Of a stretch of DNA of 64,000 bases, positions 14,693 through 28,339 are shown in pieces. The number at the start of each line of letters is the position of its first letter. Positions within the stretch are counted from its first letter, which is position 1. This DNA is from the human T2T-CHM13v2.0 reference genome, Homo sapiens. Both the position numbers and the translations under genes were made by a program. The stretch lies in assembly GCF_009914755.1 (NCBI RefSeq), contig NC_060932.1. One strand, written 5' to 3'. The notes under the pieces are model-generated. The model did no database searches, was not told the origin of the DNA, and saw nothing but the letters and a program-made list of their open reading frames with translations.

Positions 14693-15117
14693 GAGAACGA
14701 GAGAGAAAAAAGATTGATTTATTTTAAAGAATTGGCTCATGCAATTGTACAGGCTGTCAAGTCCAAAATTTGTAGGGCATTCTGGCAGTTTGGAAATTCA
14801 GCTAAAAGTGGATGTTTCACTCTTGAGTCCAAAATATTCAGGGCATGCCAGCAGGCTCGAAACTCAGACACAATTTCTATGTTGCAGTTGTGAGGCAGAA
14901 TGCCTTCATCTTTGGGGAACCTCAGTCTTTGCTCATTATGTCTGCAACTGATTCAATGAGATCCTCCTACTTTATGGAAGGTAATTTGCTTTACTTAAAG
15001 TCAACTGACTGTAGGTATTAATCATATCTAAAAAAGTACAACCACAGCAGCATCTAGACTGGTGTTTGTTCAAGCACCAGAGCCTTGCCATGTTGACCCA
15101 TACAATTACCCATTACA
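14693..15117 (-). mobile_element. Second MLT2 LTR (MLT2D-like), abutting the first
   Basis: ATTTTAAAGAATTGGCTCATGCAATTGT...GCAGGCTCGAAACTCAG...TACTTAAAGTCAACTGA...TTGACCCATACAATTACCCATTACA. Confidence 0.75.
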
Positions 15118-16862
15118 AATAGTATTAGATTAATGGAAACCATCTGCCTGGAAGACTGATACATGACCCTGGCACATCTGCAAAAGAATGGGAGTTGAAT
15201 TGAGCAATGCGCTGGGGATTCACTCTAGGTTAGAGGGCTAAATGTTAGAGATAAGAGTGTCCTGAGAGTCAGGCAGGAGACTCACTCCACATTCTCCATC
15301 TGCCCAGCATTGACTCGCAGACCTCGTGCCGCTCAGCAATGTACAAATGGCGTACAGTGGGCGATTGGCAATTGTGCCAACACTGAGCAGAGACTGATCA
15401 CTACAAGAGGCCAGTTTGAAGCAATCCTAATGTATGAGAAGCATATATGGATGATTATGTTTTATTTAGTCATACTTGGAAAAGGAAGCTCATTTGTGAA
15501 TCTTCAGCCTGTAAAGTTTCACAGGAAATATGCTGAGTCATGTTAAGGACTGCTGAAGATTCTAGCCAAAAATGTTCAAGAAGGTACTTCCAGGTTCAGT
15601 CCCAAAGAATAAATAATCCATGATGAGCTCCTCCTTGGCGATACAGCACTGGGGAAGGAGGGAGAGTACGGGTGAGAACTGTAGCACAGAGCTTTGACAC
15701 TACGATGCTAATGGAGTGTCTGAAGGATTTGGCTTCTTATTTTAGAACATGGAAAGTGGATCACCTGTTAGAAATAGTCTTAGAAAACAAACAAAACAGT
15801 AACAAAATAATAGGACTTTCAACAAGAATATCAATAGAGTTAGATAAAAGGAAAGGTTAGGAGCCTGGACAAGAAATATGAAAAACACAGTTGCCAAAGG
15901 ATATAAAACAACAATGAGTCAGGCTAGATGTCATGGAAAATAATACTGGTAAATTTCTTTTTCCGGAAAGAAGCACACAAATAAAATAGGATAATAGTGT
16001 TAAAGTGATAAGTATAGAGAATTCAAAGACCCAACACACGGATGAAAGAATAGAAATGATGAAACAAAAACAACGAGCTCAGGAATAGTAGAATATTTCT
16101 CTAATAATAAGGTGCACCAACTTAGATCCTAAATGCAAATTACACCATGTTTTCAGCTCTAAGGGAGAGAAAATGACACTGAAACCTGCCTTGAGGCTCT
16201 GTCACACCCATGGAAGGGGCAAGGTGACAATTGAGATGTCTTCTAAAATGTGTGCATATTCCCAGTGTCAACCTGGGGCAGGAGATGATGGGAGAGATGT
16301 GGATTTTAGATAGGATGAGAGGTATACCTCTTCGATTTCCCAAACCTAACCCCTAAGGCCTAGAGATGTTGGTATGTTTCTGGTGGTAGCAGATGAAAGA
16401 CAAATCAAAGTAAGGAACTCAGGAATGAGATAATCATGATTAGACTCATTTGAGCATTGAAATAAGCACATAGAGGTAAGTAACGAAAAGACCCATTTTA
16501 AAAAAAGAAGTTAAATATTTTTAAAGAAGAAATTTGGTCATATTTACAACTTTAATTGAATTTGGGAAATCTGGTAAAGGAGAGGGGTAAAATGGAATAT
16601 TGAAACTACACCTTTAATTTAAAATTATTTATATGTTATTGGCCTTGGCATTTAGTTAAACACAGATTTTTAAGAATGTCTTTCAGAAAATTATGCTGCT
16701 AGAATTGGATGTCTAATAGCACACACACATACGCTGAACTCAAAAAAATGACAAAAGAAAAAGAAAACATTGAAAAGAAGACCATAATACAAAATAACAG
16801 ATGCAAGAATGAATATAAAAATATAATAGATGAAAGGATCAAAGTTTTAAAAGTAAAAGTGT

Positions 16863-17146
16863 TAATCCCAGCACTTTGGGAGGCTGAGGTGGGTGGGTCA
16901 CGATGTCAGGAGATCAAGACCATCCTGGCTAACACTAACACAGTGAAACCCTGTCTCTACTAAAAATACAAAAAATTGGCCAGGCGTGGTGGTGGACACC
17001 TGTAGTCCCAGCTACTTGGGAGGCTGAGGCAGGAGAATGGCGTGAACCCAGGAGGCAGAGCTGGCAGTTAGCCAAGACCATACCACTGCACTCCAGCCAG
17101 GGTGACAGAGCGAGACTCTGTCTCAAAAAAAAAAAAAAAAAAAAAA
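16863..17146 (+). mobile_element. 5'-truncated AluY with 10-bp TSD
   Basis: Y diagnostics GAGATCAAGACCATCCTGGCTAAC and GGAGAATGGCGTGAACCC; A22 tail; TSD AAAAGTGTTA at 16855-16864 and 17151-17160. Confidence 0.92.
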
Positions 17147-17159
17147 GAGGAAAAGTGTT

Positions 17160-18300
17160 AGATTGTATTACGTTAATTTCAATGTTATGCTTGCTACTTG
17201 AACTAGTTAAATAAGCTTGAAATAAACAAAATTAAAACTTTAAGTTAAAAAAGAATAAATGAGCAAGGATATACAAAATAATAAGGAAAAACTAATGTTA
17301 GTGAAAATAGACATAAAATGCTTTTTATTTCTAAAGGGTAAAACTTCTAAGGAAGACTCAACAATCATGAGACTCAACATTCATGTACCTAGAAGAGCAT
17401 AAACATGGACAAATCAAAAGTCATCTGAAATATGAGGAGAAACTAATTCTAATGAAGGATTTTAGAATGTATTTTTAATCTACTACTGATCAAGAAACCC
17501 AAAATAGATCCTTCTTCAGTATATTGCAGAAAAAGTAGATGCATGATAACATAGAAGATGAAACTTTTATTTGGTAAAGTTGATTAATTAATGGGTATAA
17601 CACTTTTCTCAGCAAACTGCAAAATTAAAAAAAAATGCTTCTGTTGTCCATGGGACATTTACAAAAAGATTACAAAGAAAATCACAATAAACTCTACAAA
17701 GCAGTAATGGTACAGGCCACTTGCAGAGATTAGCAAGTGACAACACTGGGAACTTGAGAGAGTGACTTGGGTTTTCTCCCACAATGCTGATATGATTGTA
17801 AATCACGTGAAACTTTCTGGAAAGCAGTTTGCCAATATCTATCAAGAAGTTTAATTATGGTTTTATCTATTTAAGAGTAATTCCACTCTAAGAGTAATTC
17901 CACTTCTAAGAAACCATTATAAAGAAATGTTTTGAAGTATAGATACATACTTTTGCCAAAGTTTTTATCAACATTTTCAACAATAGAGAAATTATTAAGA
18001 TATAATATCTCCATATGATGGCATATTATGCTGAAAGTAAAATAGTATTTACCAAGATGTATTAATGACATAGGAAAATAAAAATAATGTAACAAAGTGT
18101 GAAAAAACTAGAAATAAAATTATACTTAGTATTATCGGAGAGACAGAGAAAGAGAAAAGAGAGAAAGAGAGTAGCTGAAGAAAGTGCACCTAAAATATTC
18201 ATCATTACACTTTTGATTGCTATAATCATAGTGACATCTAATTTCTTTTTTTGTAATTATCTGTATTTTCACTTTTTTCAAGATGTCTGTATTTAAAACT
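17160..18300 (+). mobile_element. Highly decayed L1M (L1ME-like) ORF2/3' fragments
   Basis: A-rich, with TTCTGGAAAGCAGTTTGCCAATATCTATCAA...GTAATTCCACTTCTAAGAA, typical of old L1 ORF2 ends. Boundaries approximate. Confidence 0.55.
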
Positions 18301-18369
18301 ATGAAAAAGTAACATAATAATTATTTCTTTACAATGCATAAGCTGTCACTTGAAATTGAATACTTTCAT

Positions 18370-18689
18370 CCCTGTCCTTCAATAGTCATAGGTCATTGGC
18401 TCCAGGAGCTTCCTGTGGATACCAAAATCTGCAGAAGCTCAAGTTCCTGATATAAAATGACATAGTATTTGCATATAACCTATACAATCCTCCCATATGC
18501 TTTAAATCATCTCGATTATTTATATCTAGTACAATGGAAATGCTATGTAAATAGTTGTCATTCTGTATTTTATTTGTATTATTTCCTATTGTGGTATTGC
18601 TATTTTTATTGGGGTTTAAAAAATGTTTTTGATGTGAAGTTGGTTGAATCCACGGATATGGAACCTACAGATATAAAAAGGGCTGTCTG
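18370..18689. mobile_element. MER2 (TcMar-Tigger)
   Basis: GGATACCAAAATCTGCAGAAGCTCAAGTTCCTGATATAAAATG...GTATTTGCATATAACCTA...TTGGTTGAATCCACGGATATGGAACC. Confidence 0.85.
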
Positions 18690-19899
18690 CATTGTTGGGG
18701 CCTATAACCTAACATTGTTAGCCACACCATCTTTAAATGCTTCCTGTTTAACTCAGTTTTCCTATAAAGTGTGAAATCATATTGTCTTGTGGTCTTAGAA
18801 TATTACCAGGTGGAAGCATAGCCATGGAGCAAGCATGTTGGTGGCAGTGGTAATTACCAAGAGACCCTCCGTGGAAAGGAGACAGTTTGGAGAGAGGGGT
18901 TGTGACCATGTTGTGAACTGATCATTCCTCCACAGACGCATTCGTGAAACGCAGATCAAATCATGCAGAAGTCTAAAACTCACTAATGGATTCCTTATTG
19001 CTCTTAGACCAGAAACAAAATTCCTATATTCATAAGTTGACCATACTTTCCAATTAGTCCTATATAGTGTCATTTTACATCACTGTCTTGGTGAAATTAT
19101 TGATAGTGTTCCTTTTTACTCTGGAATAGGGTCCATTTGGATAACAAATTATACATCACTCCATTTCTATGAACTACAAAGATTAGGCTGTTTGGCTTCA
19201 GTATGCATCCCTAAGCTCAGTGCTAACTCCACGTTTCTCTTCAGCTGCAGCCACTCCGGCCTTCTTTGACACCTTTTCACTTATTAGACTCTGTTCATCA
19301 AGCTGTGATTTTTGGTGGGAGGTGGTTATATTGTGCATTGTTGGAGAGGGTGATGGGGAAACTGAGCACAATAAATGAGCAGGAGAGAATTATTTTTCTG
19401 CATTACCTTTGATGGGCTTTGGACACAAGATATGCTGTGCTGTTTGAGTTTGAGGCAAGAGGGGCAGAGCAGCAATGGAAAGCAGAGGGCTCTACATATT
19501 TCCTAAATATAGTTATGAAAATTGATAGAGTGTCACCAAGGGTCTAGGTGTGTAGATTATGTAGAGAGGAGTGAGCAGGAAGTAATGAAGAAGCCAGGCC
19601 CATGGGAAGTGGGAAAACCTACCTAAGAGGCTGGCCCTAATAAGAGCGGCAGAATAAGCAATTCCACAAAACACACTAAGTATGAAATATCAGACCTAGT
19701 TCAAGCTTCCATGAATATAGGAAACAATCAGCAGTGGTGGGAGATATATTTTTACAAGGCAGACTCATGGAGGCAGCATGCCATACTCAGGGTAATACCT
19801 GTGATTCACAGGAAAAGAAACAGGATACAGAATCCAGCCTGCTGGGGAAGGAGGCTGGCAGAACAAGAAACAGTCTGGGCTCAAGGCAAGTATTCACTC

Positions 19900-20526
19900 T
19901 GTTACCTTAAAGCGGTCTCAATCCAGACCCCAAGAGATGGTTCTTGGACCTCGCACAAGAAAGAATTTGGGGTGAGTCCATAGAGTAAAGTGAACGCAAA
20001 TTTATTAAGAAAAAAGTAAAGGAATAAAAGAGTGGCTACCCCCTAGGCAGAACAGTGGCATGGGCTGCTCAACTGAGTATGCTTATAGTTATTTCTTGAT
20101 TATATGCTAAACAAAGCATGAATTATTCAAGAGTTTTCTTGGAAAGGGCTGGGCAATTCCCAGAAATGAGGGCTCCTCCCCTTTTTAGACCATACAGAGT
20201 AACTTCTGGACATTTCCCTGGCATTTGTAAACTATCATGGTCCTGGTGGGTGTGTCTTTTAGCATACTAAATGCATAATAATTACTGTATAATGACCAGT
20301 GAGGGCGACCAGAGGTCACTTTTGTCACTGTCTTGGTTTTGGCCAGCTTCTTTACCACAATCTGTTTTATCATCAAGGTCTTTGTGACCTGCATCTTGTG
20401 CCAACCTCCTATCTCATCCTGTGACTAGGAGTGCCTAACCTCCTTGTAATGCAGCCCAGTAGGTCTCAGCCTTATTTTACCCAGCCCCTATTCAAGATGG
20501 AGTCGCTCTGGTTCAAACACCTGACA
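19900..20526 (-). mobile_element. MER41B ERV1 solo LTR
   Basis: TGTTACC...ATCCAGACCCCAAGAGA..TTCTTGGACCTCGCACAAGAAAGAATT...CAAGATGGAGTCGCTCTGGTTCAAACACCTGACA. Retains the GAS-containing segment that distinguishes MER41B from MER41A. Confidence 0.88.
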
Positions 20527-21774
20527 ATCCCTTAAGGAGAATGAGCTTGTCAAGCAGGAGCGTGAGGTAGGAACTGTGCCCTAGGTCATAAGTGGATTGG
20601 AGAGAAATCATCCAGAATCCTGAGGCTGAAGAATAGAGTTGACATGGGCCACAAGATCTAACTTGAATACTCATTAGATACAGAATATGGGGCTTCTGAT
20701 GTACTCAATGTCCTAGTCTGGAATGCATCTGGGCCCATAGGGAGAACTGAAAAGATCCTACTGAGGGAGCACGGCTGGGCAAAAGTAAAGGAAACAAGGT
20801 AGGGGCTGGCAGTAAGGAAAAGGAGAGAAAAGGGGAAAGAGTCCTAGGAAGCTTTTAGATAAGAGAAAGTGTTAACAGAGATTTCCCCTTACCTAAAACT
20901 AAAAGGTCATAACTTGTAGAAACTAAACAATGAAAAAACTGTTTTTGATCCTATATTCCTTTGCTTTATTATTTAAATTAAAGTTCAATTCTATGAATGC
21001 AAAACAGAAAGCCCAATCTTTTTCCCAGTATTGTCATAATCATTTTTAAGCACAATATTAGGAGATAGGATTAAGTAAACAGTGTTTTTTTGAACAGATT
21101 TTTTTTGCTACTCTGCCTGGGAACAGCTGATATATATGAGGGTCTAGTCTAAAACCCAGTTCAAAAATAATATTTTAGTTGGACCAGATACTCTTATGAT
21201 TTACACCTAACATCGGCCTTAACTCTGACTAAAAGCCAAATTTTAGTAACAAAAAGAAACCTAGTGTAATTTCCTGGTTCTGAACAGCATTGAAAAGCTC
21301 ACACAGAGACCAATCCAAAACCCAAGAGAGCTTTCCCATATGTCATCAGATATCTGTGGGTTGATAAATTCTAGTTCTAACTCTTGAGATCTGTATTTTC
21401 CCATGTATATTGCGAATCCACTGGTGATAAGTAAATGAGTTAAAAGAATGAATCATATATGTCTCTTCATTAATCTTTTGTGCATTTTCAGTAATGCTCA
21501 AAAGAAGTTGAGAAAGCTAGGTTTCAAAAATATTAAGCAATTCATAGCTTTTCTCATGAGTTCCCTATTTTTCTTGCTTCTTGAGATTTCATGTGGTCTC
21601 CTGAAATTCTGAATTCTTGTTACCTATACTTTCCATGTTATAGCTTCTCTTTGGTTTTCTCAGAATGTTTTTCCTAACGTCAGGACTTGCTCTTTGAGAG
21701 CTTCTGCAACCACCATTCCAATAATTTTTCACATTCAACTTATATACAAGAAGTTACTTGCTGGATGGACTTTC

Positions 21775-21802
21775 TGTGTGTGTGTGTCTGTGTGTGTGTG
21801 TG
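21775..21802. repeat. Imperfect (TG)n microsatellite
   Basis: TGTGTGTGTGTGTCTGTGTGTGTGTGTG, directly visible. Confidence 0.9.
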
Positions 21803-22470
21803 GGGGAAAATCTGAATTCTTTATTTGGACTGATCCAACTCAGGAGGAAAACATTAATTTTAATTACTTGCATAAACAAGAAATAAGAAAATAAGCCTTT
21901 TACATTAAAAAATACAAAAACAAATGTCAAGCTGAATGTAAATTATTTTTGTTTTTGTCATGATTTGGATTAGTTATACTACATCTTCTATTATGCAAAT
22001 ATTTCAGAATTAAATATACTGTATTATATCTCTGTTTTATCATTAAATTAATGAAATGTAAGTTTCTTCCTATTGGAAAAAATGATATTCATCTTAAATT
22101 CTGAGGAAATATTGAGGAAAATATTTCTTAGATGGATACAAATTCCTCATGTTGTTTAACTGACTTTGGAATAGGAAGAATTACGCTCTTCTTCCAAGCA
22201 CTTTCAGAATGCAGTGTCGGGAGTCAGTTTAAAAAAAAATCACCTCAATTGAAGAAAAAAAGAGAGGGAAAAGAAATGGAGGGAAGGGTTTAAAGAGCCA
22301 CTTACAGTGCAAACTTTAATGCTTAAACAATGTAATGGTGATATGATGTACGGGTCTACATTAGTAGAACATCAGTTTAAAAGTAGTGTTAGTCTTCTTT
22401 CCATATTTCAGTAGCTTTATTCTCCCCCTCAACCCTTATTATTTCCAATTATTTAGTCATTCAGGTGTGA

Positions 22471-22799
<329 letters not shown>

Positions 22800-23599
22800 G
22801 AAAGAATGAAAACATTTATTGGTCAATCATTTATTTTCCTAAGTCATTTATTCCTATAGGCACTGATTGCATTTGTTTAAAAGTCAGTGTTATTTTCTTA
22901 ATAGAATCTACATAAAAACAACTCACGAATTAATTTGACATATCTAAGTGGCTGCAGTAAGCTTGATTATGTTAATCTCTTGCTAGTGAACTTTTTTGAG
23001 GTACATTTGGTGTCCTGGCCATTGTGTTTGTCTTGTAGATACTCATCTTACTACTCTTTTCGCTTCTGTCAAACAGAATGACCAAATCTTGGAAAGACCT
23101 GAGGAGAAAATTTATAAGTTTTATATAGACTGTATTATAAAGTTAGTGCATTTTTCCCTGCAAATTCTAAGTGTTTTCCCTTAATATTTTGTTTGTTATC
23201 CCTAAGCCAAATAATCCTGTGAGAAATTTTAGGTCTAGAATAATTGTAAATGTTCCCAGTACTTTATTTATATTTTTTGAAAGCGAGCAACAATTACTTA
23301 TCAAATGAATAATTGTCCTTCAACCTTTAGTTTTTCCAGGGGCAGCCAATATACTATTGCTTGGCTATTGCCTATGTCTGTGACCACAAGCAAAAAACCC
23401 AATTGGAAAATATAGCTTCCCAATAGTGGAGATTTAGGATTAGCAATGTGCAGAGCTCGATAGATGGTTTGGAATTATTTAGCAGGCAAGGTTCTCATAG
23501 TTATCCAAAACATATCAAACAATCTCTCATTTTGGTCTCAAAGAAGACCTAGCCATCTAAAAAGTTTTCAGTTGTACCCAATTCAGCAAAATATAATCT

Positions 23600-23790
23600 G
23601 AAAAACGACTGGACTTGGAGTCAAAAGAACGTGGCTGGAATCCCAGCTTCAAATTTATTAGCTTATTTAATATTTGACAAGTTAATTTACCTTTTGAAAC
23701 CTTAGTACACTAGAGTGTAAATTTAGAATAACAAATTACTGAAAGGGTGATTTTCAGGATGGTCTAAGCACATATTAGATGTTCAGTATA
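23600..23790 (+). mobile_element. MIR SINE
   Basis: CTGGACTTGGAGTCAAAAGAACGTGGCTGGAATCCCAGCTTC...TTTGACAAGTTAATTTACCTTTTGAAACCTTAG. Confidence 0.6.
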
Positions 23791-24783
23791 TGATAGTTCA
23801 ATCTTAGTCTAATGCCAAGTTGACATAATGAAAATATCAAATGCAATTGAAAATAATCAATCTTATTTTTTGTGTATTATTATTACTAACTTTGGGTCAT
23901 CTGAAATATTAAATTTCATTGACATAAACGTATTTGTTTCCAAAGTTAAAATTATTTATATTTGGTTTAAAGAATTAAGAATAGTGAACATTTGTTTTAT
24001 CTATATCTAAATCCATGGGTTTTAGATAGATAATTATTACTATTGTTTTCAACCTTTCCATTACCATTTCCAGAATTTTAGAAGCTTTCAAGTAATTTTT
24101 GTTTCTTGCATCTATGTTGTCAGTAGAAAAAATGGACCAGTATCATTAAGATAATGATGTGATATTACAAAATAAGAATCATGATTTGTCATATTGCTAA
24201 CACCGGATAGCATTAGGGCAATTCTGTTTACTATGATGGGAAGAAACTTCTCTCATTTTAAAAGAAGATCTTAGAGCCGAGCCTGGATATTAAGTAAATT
24301 AGAGAATGTTACTGACTTAATGTCTATATAAATATTGGAATTTTTCTTCTCACATTTTCTCTCCTCTTCATTCTTTTTCTCAAAAATTTCACTATCTCCC
24401 CTCCATAATAAAGAAAAAATAAGTGCAGAGAAACTAACAATCAACCCCCAAACATCACGCAACTCCATTCTTCTCTGGCCTAGTCTTTTTACTAATTTCC
24501 TATTTTCTTCAATTTTTCAGTAGTAAATACATAGAACTTTCTATAATGTAATGACTTTCACAGCATCCACTTTTTTTCATATTCTCTTTATTTCCATTTA
24601 TATCTATGCCTTAGGACTTATTCAACTTCAGGTCTACATTTTTTTGACTCATTTTCCATAACTGAATGTTCATTTTCTATTGCTGCTAGGCAATGTCACA
24701 GACAAGATTAAGAATTCATTATTTATGTTATCTATGTGTTTGCAGTCTGATAGAAAAAATAAAGTACATCACCCAAGGAACCA

Positions 24784-25284
24784 TGTGTATAAATCGGGAT
24801 TCTACAGAGAAACAGAATCAATACAAGATAGATATAGATAGAGAGATAGATAGATAGATTGATTGATTGATTTGTTTTCAGTAATTGGCTCATGCAATTA
24901 TAGAAGCTGAAAAGTCCCAAGATCTGTAACTGGCAAGCTGGAGACCCAGGAGAGCTTGTTGTGTAGTTCCAGTTTGCAAGCTGGTAGGCTCAAGACCAAG
25001 GAAGGGTAGATGTTTCAGTTTGAGTCCGAAGGCAGAATAAAGACCAAAGTCCCAGCTCAAGCAGTCAGGCAGGAGGAAGACCCTCTTAGTCATTTTATTC
25101 TATTTAGGTCTTCAGCTGGATGGATGAGGCCCATCTATAGTAGGGAGGACAATCTACTTTAATCAGTCTACTGATCTAAATATTAATCTAATTAAGAAAC
25201 ACTATCACAGATACACCCAGAATGTGTAACTGAATGTCTAGGCATCCTGTGGCCCAGTTGAGCTGATACATAAGTTAACCATGA
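24784..25284 (-). mobile_element. MLT2B-type ERVL LTR with an internal (GATA)n/(GATT)n repeat
   Basis: TTCTACAGAGAAACAGAATCAATA..GATAGATAG..AATTGGCTCATGCAATTAT..AAGTCCCAAGATCTG..GCAAGCTGGAGACCCAGGAGAGC..TGTGGCCCAGTTGAGCTGATACATAAGTTAACCAT. Confidence 0.85.
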
Positions 25285-25898
25285 GCCACCAGTGAGCTAC
25301 GGAGTATAATCCATTTAATAGCTCTGAATAAATGATGCTCAAATCAACTTCAGCAGCCCTGACTTCTCATCTCTATTCCAGTCTTATATTCTTTACTTCC
25401 CACAAAACACCTCTATGTGGATATTCTTTGTTCACTCAAAATTCCTTATGTTTAAATAAAGATAATGTTGCAATTACTTTCTTATCTCTGTCAATATCTT
25501 GATTAGTGGCAATATTAATCTTTTTCTTTTCCTGGCTTTATAAACTCCTCTGGCAGTTTTTGCATTCATGTTCCCATGATCATAACTACTACCAGATTGT
25601 ATTAAGTTTTACTTTTAAGTATCTCAGATTTACTCACTTATTCCCACTCCCATCATGTGAGGTCACAGTTTTATAATTCCACATCTAGATTATTACAACA
25701 GCATCCAGATCCAACCTTGTGTCATTAATTTCTTTTATTGGTAATCTGTTTAAATATCAGACCAGATTTCCTACAGCACAATTTCTTTCTTGTGATCCTT
25801 TAGCCCTAGGAAATGCTCAGGGCTTACTATGGCCAAACCTGTCATGCCTGCTCTTTTCATGAAATTTTTTAGTTTCTCAAAAATCTGACCTTAGTTAT

Positions 25899-26254
25899 TG
25901 ATATGGTTTTGCTCTGTCCCCACCCAAATCTCATCTTGAATTGTAGCTCCCATAATTCCCATGTGTCATGAAAGGGACCCAGTGGGAGGTAATTGAATCA
26001 TGGGGGCAGGTCTTTCCTGTGTCGTTCTTGTGATAGTGAATAAGTCTCATGAAATCTGATGATTTCATAAAGGGGAGCTCCCCTGTACTCTCGCCTGTCA
26101 CCACGTAAGATGTGACTTTGCTCCTCATTTGTCTTCCGCCATGATTGTCAGGCCTCCTAAGCCATGTGGAATTATGAGTCAATTAAGCCTCTTTCCTTTA
26201 TAAATTACCCAGTCTTGAGTATGTCTTTATTAGCAGTGTGAGAACAGACTAATA
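25899..26254 (+). mobile_element. THE1B (MaLR) solo LTR with 5-bp TSD
   Basis: TGATATGGTTTTGCTCTGTCCCCACCCAAATCTCATCTTGAATTGTAGCTCCC...AGCAGTGTGAGAACAGACTAATA; TSD GTTAT at 25894-25898 and 26255-26259. Confidence 0.9.
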
Positions 26255-27381
26255 GTTATTGATCTATTCTTCTCTCCAGCCTTACTAACTTAAGCCTTTG
26301 ACATGGTCTTCACAATTGTTCTTAATTCCTCTTTCTACCCCTCCAATATAGACTTTCCTTCCTTATCATTGCTCATGATGCTCTTTGGCAATGCCCTTCC
26401 TCTTTAATCATGGATCAAATTGAATTCACTTTTTAAGGCCAAACATTAATTAAGCCAACCTCTCCGCCTCAATGAAAACTTTGACTATTTAGATTCTCGG
26501 TCATCTCTGAATTTTTATAGCATTTATAACCTGTCTCCCTTGGCACTTCATCATATATTTCTATGTATTACTACATTAATATTTCATGTTTGTTTGCTTT
26601 GCTCCTCCTGAATACAATGTCTATGTATTATACTTAATAGTAGATGTAAATATTTAATAAAAGTGTTGATTAACTGGTAAACGTGCTTTTACTTTCTCAA
26701 AGCAAAATATCACATAACTTTTCCAAAGATAATTTCATATATTTGGACTGTGGTACTTGTGTTATTTTAAACCTCTTAGTATTCTGCTCCCAAAATATAA
26801 CACATGAGTGGGAAATGACCTACAGTATCTGTGTATATAGCTCATGAGTCAGGAAGATATGAGGTAATTTCCCAATGGAGGGAGAACAAGACTAAATACC
26901 AACATCTGGGATTTAGTTAGTAAATGAAAGAGAGAATGAAGGTGGGAAAAATACCTTTATATACCGTGTTTTTTCTCCAGATTCTCTGGATGAAATTGAA
27001 TGGTATGTGATCTACATATTACTAACCAGCGGGACACATCTAAAGTATTTATAGTATGCTTTATATGCTAAAAATTTTCTAAATGAACAGTTAATGAGAT
27101 GAATTAAAAATGTAAGCAACCTAGAAAAAAAAAGATCATGAAACACCACTACTGATTAGACTTGTGGGCTGAGGCAGAGGAATTCCCACTTAAATTGAAG
27201 GAGATCATTAACAAGTGGGCTATGAGTTGCTCAGATAATTATCACAACATGAAAACCACCTTTCCGGATAGGCTTGCTGAAAACCAAACTGAGCCTTTAC
27301 ACCCAAGCAATAACCTACTACATCATTTAGCAAAATTCAAACATAACCTTCATTTCTGTGTTAAATGTGTATGTGCCATGG

Positions 27382-28292
27382 TTTTATGTTTTTTGTTTTT
27401 TTTAGGATGTTCGTGTTTTAATTATAATTAAAGTTTTAGTTACCTCTACTATTATTATCTAGTTAAATAATTAAACAGAAGAAATATTGTTATTAGACAC
27501 CCTTTAAAATATGTAAGAATAAGCTTCTATGATTCAGGAAATAGATAATTGGGTGAGAAGATTTTTCTTTTCCTATACGCTAATGAGGCGGCAATCTTGA
27601 TTAGTTTAATTGCATTAGTAGATGGCACATTTCCACAAATATATATTATATAATCCATCTTTGTATTTATGCTGTGTGTGTGAGTTAGAACAGATTGGCA
27701 CTCCCTAACAGTCAACAACAGGAGGAGCTAGATTTAGGCTTTAGTGGAATTAACAGTCTGCCAGGAATAAGTGGCTAGTCTATCCTCTGTATCAAGAACT
27801 CTCCAAGTTGCTTCCTCAAAGGCCATTATAACATTCCTGACATTTTTTGCACTTATTTCAAAGTAGGGATAGTTTCTGTTGTCCTTGCACCAGGTCTGGG
27901 CTTTTCCCATAGACTCTTGACAGTCACTCAAGTTAATCTTGCTACCCAAAATCACAAAAGAAAATGTCTCAGGTTTTTGAGATCTGCATAATGTATGAAT
28001 TCTTTCCTGTGGTTGCTGGAATTCTGGAAGCTTTGGGTATCATCCACAGTAAAATTAAGAAGGCTGCAGTCAGATCCTCTGTAACACAGGTTCTTGGGCT
28101 TCTGAATTAATTTGCTCAGCTTTGTCCCAGTGTGTCTGGGAAAAAGATGCTCGTCTGCTTTTCAGTTTTTATTTTAAAAATTTGTACTTACTGGGTGAAA
28201 CACCTGCATGTATCAGTTGTATTAATTACATATTTATTCATAAAAGAACTCTTCACAACTCCACTAACTCTGAGAAAAATTACTTTAAAATT
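27382..28292 (-). pseudogene. Decayed processed pseudogene of RAB9A (Rab small GTPase)
   Basis: Minus-strand translation across frameshifts: FKVIFLRVSGVVKSSFMNKYVINTTDT (RAB9A FKVILLGDGGVGKSSLMNRYVTNKFDT) ... WDKAEQ ... YRGSDCSLLNFTVDDTQSFQN ... ILGSKINLSDCQESMGKAQTWCKDNRNYPYFEISAKNVRNVIMAFEEATWRVLDTEDR ... KPKSSSSCC* (stop at 27712-27714). Followed by RAB9A-like 3'UTR, AATTAAA and a degenerate poly(A) (T-run 27382-27403). Has frameshifts, an internal stop and no recognisable ATG. Confidence 0.9.
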
Positions 28293-28339
28293 TTTTTAAA
28301 AAAAACAATTGCTTGTCACAAAGTGACAAGAACCAAATT

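Noticed and set aside
15300-15420. Local CpG enrichment with a reverse CCAAT box as a possible promoter
   Set aside because: Only a handful of CpGs over ~60 bp, far below CpG-island scale, surrounded by decayed repeats and with no supporting gene structure.
27734-27955. 73-aa Rab-like ORF as a functional small GTPase
   Set aside because: It is one frame-segment of the RAB9A pseudogene, starts at a non-ATG codon, lacks G1-G3 and loses the CC motif by frameshift.
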